Positions 34,290-39,688 of a stretch of 39,688 nt of DNA are shown here, in pieces (within the stretch, counting starts at the first letter, position 1; every line of letters starts with the position of its first letter). The notes under the pieces were generated by a model that did no database searches, had not been told where the DNA came from, and saw only the letters and a list, made by a program, of their open reading frames with translations. A program made the translations under genes and the position numbers. The stretch covers positions 1-39,688 of the forward strand of contig CAYRQA010000001.1 in NCBI GenBank assembly GCA_964426285.1, in the 5' to 3' direction. Source of the DNA: an uncultured Lachnospiraceae bacterium. GTDB taxonomy: Bacteria; Bacillota; Clostridia; Oscillospirales; CAG-272.

Positions 34290-36238
34290 ATGTGCGGATT
34301 TGTTGGATTTATGGATGAAACGAACGCCTTCAATGAGGCGCTTCCGATGCTCGGACGCATGACGGGTGCGATCGCGCACAGAGGTCCCGATGATGCGGGC
34401 TACTACAACGAAGCGCCGCTTGCGCTCGGACACCGCAGACTTAGTATCATCGACATTGACGACGGATAACAGCCGATGGTGAGCGAGGAAGGCACGCTCG
34501 TACTCGTCTTCAACGGCGAGATCTACAACTACCCTGCCCTGCGCGATGAACTGAGCCGTAAGGGCTACGCCTTTCGCACCAACTGCGACACAGAGGTGCT
34601 GCTCCACGTCTATGCCGAGTACGGTGATGCACTCCCAACCAAGCTGCGGGGAATGTTTGCATTCGCGATCTGGGACAAGTCGAGAAAGCGGCTCTTTGCC
34701 GCGCGCGACCTCTTCGGCATCAAGCCATTTTACTATGCGCAGATGGGCAGTACCTTCCTCTTCGGCTCGGAGATCAAGGGCTTTTTTGCGCATCCCGCCT
34801 TTGAAAAGCGCTTCAACCGAAGGCTCCTGCCCGCTTACCTCTCCTTCCAATACACGGCGCCCTGCGAGGAGACCTTCTTCGAGGGCGTCTATAAGCTCCC
34901 GCCTGCGCACACGCTGATCTGCGAGGGCGGCAGGCTAACGGTCTCCGCCTACGATGCGCTTGAATTTAACCCCGAACCGTCCAGTGCGACCTCGCCCGAC
35001 GAGTGGGCAGACCGCATCGACGCAGTGCTCGCTGCTTCGGTCGAGGCACACAAGCAAAGCGACGTCGAGGTCTGCAGCTTCCTCTCGAGCGGCGTCGATT
35101 CGAGTTATATCGCCGCGCTGGCAGGGGTGAACAAAACTTTCACCGTCGGCTTTGACATCATCGGCGGTGGCTACAGCGAGATCGACTACGCAAAGGCGCT
35201 CTCCGATCTGATCGGCGCTGAGAATCACAGTCGGATCATCCGCCCGACGACTATTGGAAGGCGATCGGCAAGGTGCAGGCGCAGATGGACGAGCCGCTCG
35301 CCGATCCATCGGCGATCGCGCTCTATTTTCTCTGTAAGCTGGCATCCGAGCACTGCAAGGTCGTGCTTTCGGGTGAGGGTGCGGACGAGCTTTTCGGTGG
35401 GTACAACATCTACCGCGAACCGCTCACCTGTCGGGCATATGAGCTCATCCCCTTCCCTCTGCGGCATCTGATCGCGATATTGGCAAAAAAAATGCCCGCG
35501 CATCGCGGACTGAATTTTCTCATTCGCAAGGGCGAGCGGCTCGAGGAGCGCTACATCGGCAATGCCTGCATTTTTTCGCCGAGGGAGACGCGCTCTCTCC
35601 TGAAGGACTGCCCCGATGCGCCTTCGCCGACCGATTTCACCCGCCCGATCTACGGCAAGATACGCGCAAAAGACCACTCCACCCGTATGCAGACGCTCGA
35701 CCTGCACTGTTGGCTGGTGGGAGACATCCTGCAAAAGGCGGACAAGATGAACATGGCGCACTCGCTCGAGCTGCGCGTGCCCTTCCTCGATAGGGAGGTT
35801 TGGGCGATCGCACGCACGCTCCCTGTGCACGAGCGCACGACGTGCAATCAGACGAAGGTCGCGCTTCGCCGCGCTGCACGCCGACATCTGCCCGAACGGT
35901 GGGCGTCAAAGAAGAAACTCGGCTTCCCCGTGCCGATTCGTATCTGGCTGAGGGAGGACGGATTTTACGCGCGCGTACGGGAGATGTTTGAGTCACCCGC
36001 GGCAGATGCGTTTTTCGACCGCGATGCCCTTGTAAAACTGCTCGACGAGCACAAACGGGGGAGATGCGACAACAGCAGAAAGATCTACACCGTCTATGCC
36101 TTTTTGGTATGGTATGGGGAGATGTTTGAGGGGCTCGTTGATATTGCCGAAACAACCAAAGCCTCCCTCACCCTCTTCGCGGAGCTCCCTCAGTCGCCTG
36201 CGGCGACAGCTCCCTCTTTGAGGGAGCCTAAACAATGA
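34290..36238 (+). pseudogene. asnB: Asparagine synthase (glutamine-hydrolysing) with an in-frame TAA and a frameshift
   Basis: AAGGAG RBS, then MCGFVGF (Cys2 nucleophile), HRRLSIIDIDDG-TAA(34467-34469)-QPMVSE. The frame changes near 35241-35250: the sequence reads ...IIRPTTIGR but DYWKAIGKVQAQMDEPLADPSAIALYF...SGEGADELFGGY continues in the next frame. Confidence 0.8.
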
Positions 36239-36271
36239 AGAAACCGCTCGCCGAAGGCGAGCGGTTTCTTC
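36237..36271. terminator. Bidirectional terminator between asnB and the radical SAM gene
   Basis: GAAGAAACCGCTCGCC-gaa-GGCGAGCGGTTTCTTC is a 16-bp perfect stem that overlaps the asnB stop. Confidence 0.8.
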
Positions 36272-36290
36272 CGAACCTATTCCCTATTCC

Positions 36291-37187
36291 CTATTCCTTC
36301 TTTTCAACTCCCTCGAGCCGAAAAGAGGGCGTATAGCTCGACTGTGCGCTGTTCCTCTCCTGTAGATACCCCTCAAAGCCCGCGTCGGCGAGCGAATCTG
36401 CGACCGAGCGGTATTCGAAGGCAGTGAGACGGCGGCTGAGACTGCCGTCGAGCGCGGTGTCAGAGGGCGGCGTGTACTGCGCCATCAGCGAGACCATCAG
36501 CTCGTCACGCCCAAAGCGATCGGCGAGCCGTTTGAGAACGGCTATGCTGTTCTTGCGGTAGCCGGGAAGCACGAGGTGCCGCACGAGCACGCCGCGCACG
36601 AGCGTTCCCTCACCGTTGAAGATAGGCTTCCCCACCTGCTTCACCATCTCGGCGATCGCACGCTCGGCGACCTCTGGGTAGTCTTCCGCCGCAGAGAGAT
36701 TTTTCGCGAGTGCACCGTCGGCGTATTTGAAATCGGGGAGGTAAACGTCCGCCACACCGTCAAGCAGTTCGAGTTGGCGCGCCGAAAGGTAGCCGCCGCA
36801 GTTGACGACGATCGGCAGTGCGAGCGCCGACTTGATCTCGCCTAAGATCGGCGCAATGCGCTCAATATAGGCATCGGGCGTGACGAGATTGATATTGTGC
36901 ACGCCCTTCCCCTTTAGCTCGAAGCAGATCTCGCGGAAGCGCTCGTCCGAAATGTCCGCGCCGTAGCGTCCGTGGCTGATCGGCGCATTCTGACAGTAGG
37001 TGCATTTCAGCGTACAGCCCGAGAAAAAGATGGCGCCCGAGCCCTTTTGCCCCGAAATGCAGGGTTCTTCCCACATATGCGGCATTGCGCGGGCAATGCG
37101 GATGGCATCGCCCGCACCGCAGAAGCCGAGGTGAAGCGTTCGGTCTGCCCCGCATTTTCGCGGACAAAGGGTACAGGAACGGCTCAT
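36291..37187 (-). CDS. Radical SAM protein of the PflX type (pyruvate formate-lyase activase-like, COG1313-like)
   Basis: N-terminal CPRKCGADR..GFCG, HMWEEPCISG..GSGAIFFSGCTLKCTYCQN (a CxxxCxxC-type cluster). The ATG overlaps the ClC stop (ATGA). Confidence 0.75.
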   Translation of the reverse strand: MSRSCTLCPRKCGADRTLHLGFCGAGDAIRIARAMPHMWEEPCISGQKGSGAIFFSGCTLKCTYCQNAPISHGRYGADISDERFREICFELKGKGVHNINLVTPDAYIERIAPILGEIKSALALPIVVNCGGYLSARQLELLDGVADVYLPDFKYADGALAKNLSAAEDYPEVAERAIAEMVKQVGKPIFNGEGTLVRGVLVRHLVLPGYRKNSIAVLKRLADRFGRDELMVSLMAQYTPPSDTALDGSLSRRLTAFEYRSVADSLADAGFEGYLQERNSAQSSYTPSFRLEGVEKKE

Positions 37188-38494
37188 TTGATCCGCTCCC
37201 CGAGCCCTCGTTTACTCTGATGGATATACTCGGTCTGCAGGGTCGAATAGCCCGCTTCCCTACCCGAGAACATACTGTAATAGCCCGCGAGCATATAGAG
37301 CATCGCCGTCATGATGGTAAAGTAGATCAGCCCCTCCCCGCCGAAGAGCTCGATGCCGAGCACGAGCGCCGCGAGCGGACAGTTGGTCATGCCCGAGAAG
37401 AGGGCGACCAGTCCGAGCGCCGCCCCGAAGGAGGGAGGCAGACCGATCAGCGAAGCGAGCAGACAGCCTGTCGTTGCACCGACGAAGAAGCCGGGCACAA
37501 TCTTGCCGCCCTTGTAGCCGCAGCCGAGCGTGACGCCCGTGAAAAGGATTTTTAACAGGAAATCGTACCATTCTGCCTCTCCGCTCACTGCTGCGATGAC
37601 CGCACCCATGCCCGCGCCGTTGTAGGCTCTGCCGCCGAGCGTGAACTCGACCGCATAGGTGAGGGCGATGAGGATAACACCTCCGATGACCACGCGGATA
37701 TAGGGATTGGGCAGCTTTTTCGAAGCAAGATGCGCAATTTCGTGGGTAACGACCAAAAAAAGCACGCAGATGACCGCAAATGCTACGCCGAGCAGGAGCG
37801 ATTTCAGCAAAACTTCAACCGACAGCTCGGGGACGATCACTGCGGCAAGCTTCTGTGCCGTCGGCACGACCCCACAATGGATCGCGATGAGGTACGCGAT
37901 CATCGAGGAGAGCAGACAGGGGAAGAACGCCATATAGTAGACCGTGCCGACGCTGATCATCTCGATGGCGAAGACCGACGCCGTGATCGGCGTGCCGAAG
38001 ACAGCCGAAAAGAGCGCCGCCATGCCGCACATGGCGAGGATATTGGTGTTTTTCTCGCGGAGCTTCAGCGTTCTGCCGATAAAGGTGCCGACCGCACCGC
38101 CCATTTGCAGTGCCGCACCCTCTCTGCCCGACGAGCCGCCGCAGAGCTGAGTGAGCGTTGTGCCGATAAAGACGAGGGGCGCTACGAGATAGGGCACGGC
38201 GATGCCGTCGCGCACCGAGTGCACGATCATGTCGTGTCCGTTGTCCTTTTTGACCTTGCCGATCTTGTAGAGCCAAACGATCGCGACGCCTGCGACGGGG
38301 AGCAACCAGATCAGCCAGCTATGCTCGCCAAACAGCTCGGAGGCAAGCTCGAGCGTCAGGTCAAAGGCAGTTCCCGCCAGTCCACAGACGACCCCCACCA
38401 GGATGGCAAAAAGCAGCCATCCGATGAGGGTAGTCGCATACCGTTTACGCAGTCGCCACCCTTTGGGAAGCCCCTTCGAAAACAGTTTTTTCAT
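37184..38494 (-). CDS. ClC-family chloride channel / H+-Cl- antiporter
   Basis: GSSGREGA (the GxxGREGP selectivity motif) and GKIVPGFFVGATTG (GxFxP-like) are present in a polytopic 436-aa protein. Confidence 0.8.
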   Translation of the reverse strand: MKKLFSKGLPKGWRLRKRYATTLIGWLLFAILVGVVCGLAGTAFDLTLELASELFGEHSWLIWLLPVAGVAIVWLYKIGKVKKDNGHDMIVHSVRDGIAVPYLVAPLVFIGTTLTQLCGGSSGREGAALQMGGAVGTFIGRTLKLREKNTNILAMCGMAALFSAVFGTPITASVFAIEMISVGTVYYMAFFPCLLSSMIAYLIAIHCGVVPTAQKLAAVIVPELSVEVLLKSLLLGVAFAVICVLFLVVTHEIAHLASKKLPNPYIRVVIGGVILIALTYAVEFTLGGRAYNGAGMGAVIAAVSGEAEWYDFLLKILFTGVTLGCGYKGGKIVPGFFVGATTGCLLASLIGLPPSFGAALGLVALFSGMTNCPLAALVLGIELFGGEGLIYFTIMTAMLYMLAGYYSMFSGREAGYSTLQTEYIHQSKRGLGERIK

Positions 38495-38498
38495 ATAT

Positions 38499-39470
38499 TC
38501 AGATGCAGTTTACGCAGACCGATACAGCCGCAGAGCAAACGAATACGTCGTACATATGGTCCTCGGTCTGTTTGCCGAGCTGGGTCTGCATGATGTTGGC
38601 GCTGTTGCGCAGCTTCCATGCGCTGTCGGCATTGGCACGCAGCCATTCCATGTACTCAGGGTGGTCGTACTTGGTGGCGTACAGTCTGAGCCAGCGTGCG
38701 AGGATGCCCTTGAAGCCAGGCAGATCGTTGCCGCCCTCCTCATTGTTCATGATGCCGCCGTGGTACATCTCGTTCATGGTAAAGGAAGCAACCTTGTCTG
38801 CCCATTCGAGGTACTTCGGATCGCCGGTCTTCTCGTGGAGCAGGCAGCAAGCGCCGATGAAGGTACCCTGGTTATAGGTGGACGACCAGTCGCTGATGCT
38901 TCCGTTGAGGCGGATACAGTCGAAGACCTTACCGGTCTCGAGGACTGCGAGGTGCTCTGCCGTCCAGTCCATGATCTTGATTGCCTTTTCATAGTAGCTG
39001 TCGTCGCCGAGTGCTTCTGCCATCTTGCAAGCCGCGATCGCACCGGGGCAGTTGACGCAGGTGTTCTTGCACTCGTTTTCAACGCGCCAGAAGAGGCCGC
39101 CGCCGAAATACTCGGTATCCCATGCACGATCCCAGGTCAGGTCAAAGTTTGCCTTTGCAAGCTCGGCGTACTTCTTCTCCCCCGTGAGCAGGGTCGCACG
39201 CGAGAGTGCGATGACCAGCCACATGATGTCGTCGTTGAAGGGGTTGTACTCCCAGGTCTCCTTGTATTCGCGGAGAACGAACCGGTACATTTCCTCGATC
39301 TGGGTCTTGTAGATCTCCTCGCCGGTGATCTCCAGTGCGTCGTCGATGATCTCAAAAATTTCGGCGTAATCCCAGAAATCCGCACGTCTGTAAGCGCCGT
39401 TATCGTAGTAAACAGCCTTATGAGCGGCGACTGCCTGCATTGCACGTTCTTTGCGTTCGGTCTGATTCAT
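38499..39470 (-). CDS. Glycoside hydrolase family 76-like protein, no signal peptide
   Basis: DFWDYAE, NPFNDDIMWLVIAL, GGGLFW and KNTCVNCPGAIAA are GH76-type motifs. Start is at ATG 39470 (MNQTER) with GAGGT 8 nt upstream; the ORF-track start at 39485 is GTG without an RBS. Confidence 0.7.
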   Translation of the reverse strand: MNQTERKERAMQAVAAHKAVYYDNGAYRRADFWDYAEIFEIIDDALEITGEEIYKTQIEEMYRFVLREYKETWEYNPFNDDIMWLVIALSRATLLTGEKKYAELAKANFDLTWDRAWDTEYFGGGLFWRVENECKNTCVNCPGAIAACKMAEALGDDSYYEKAIKIMDWTAEHLAVLETGKVFDCIRLNGSISDWSSTYNQGTFIGACCLLHEKTGDPKYLEWADKVASFTMNEMYHGGIMNNEEGGNDLPGFKGILARWLRLYATKYDHPEYMEWLRANADSAWKLRNSANIMQTQLGKQTEDHMYDVFVCSAAVSVCVNCI

Positions 39471-39510
39471 ATTGTGATACCTCACTTTATCGGTTTATTA
39501 TAGTGGCTTC

Positions 39511-39539
39511 ATTGTATCACATATTCATTCAAATTGCAA
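39511..39539 (-). promoter_or_regulatory. Sigma-70-type promoter of the GH76-ClC-radical SAM operon
   Basis: The minus strand reads TTGCAA (39534-39539), a 17-nt spacer, then TGaTACAAT (hexamer 39511-39516). Confidence 0.6.
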
Positions 39540-39554
39540 GTATTTTGACCAAAA

Positions 39555-39572
39555 AGGCAAAAAAAATTGCCT
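39555..39572 (-). terminator. Possible terminator after tRNA-His
   Basis: The minus strand reads AGGCAA-tttttt-TTGCCT followed by TTTTGG. The stem is short (6 bp). Confidence 0.4.
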
Positions 39573-39615
39573 CCCCTATTGGAGAAGCTGTATAATCAGC
39601 GAACATTTGCTGTTT

Positions 39616-39688
39616 TGGGGTGAACGATGGGATTCGAACCCACGACCTCCAGGGCCACAACCTGGCGCTCTAACCAACTGAGCTACGC
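39616..39688 (-). tRNA. tRNA-His (anticodon GUG), 5' end cut by the window edge
   Basis: The reverse complement is GCGTAGCTCAGTTGGTTAGAGCGCCAGGTTGTGGCCCTGG...GTGGGTTCGAATCCCAT CGTTCAC-C-CCA. The anticodon loop is TTGTGGC. About 5 nt, including G-1, lie beyond position 39688. Confidence 0.85.

Overview
This is a G+C-rich chromosomal segment; sampled 60-nt lines run about 34/60 G+C. Gene content suggests a Gram-positive, Clostridia-like organism (SpoIID-domain protein, Rex, a DnaD plus DnaC/DnaI-type loader pair, an HtrA plus OmpR/HK module), but that taxonomy is inference only. Most of the window is ordinary housekeeping and envelope genes. About 19 intact genes lie co-oriented on the minus strand between 8509 and 30753. 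They include a six-gene GldA/GldF/GldG-type ABC operon with two GldG paralogues, pgeF, rex-dnaD-dnaC, an isocitrate/isopropylmalate dehydrogenase-family gene, tsaD, rimI and a dCMP deaminase. Minus-strand tRNA genes sit at both window ends (Glu and Met at the left, a truncated His at the right). I found no CRISPR array, intact transposase or integrase, prophage block or recognisable defence or biosynthetic cluster, and I cannot point to one clear-cut new protein system.

The features that ordinary annotation does not explain are:
- Six intergenic spacers are packed with short perfect hairpins. These include GTAG-capped REP/REPIN-like palindromes and a composite hairpin cassette found just 3' of three unrelated genes.
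- Four co-oriented DnaA boxes with iteron-like 10-mers lie upstream of the dehydrogenase gene, with no dnaA in the window.
- A 5.2-kb plus-strand block holds three consecutive disrupted genes (response regulator, histidine kinase, asnB). It carries in-frame TAG and TAA stops, a candidate in-frame TGA in the kinase, and frameshifts.
- A roughly 1.7-kb low-GC islet holds two 5'-truncated gene remnants fused head to head plus a small secreted protein.

All family assignments are by-eye motif recognition. Hairpin coordinates may be off by a few nucleotides.
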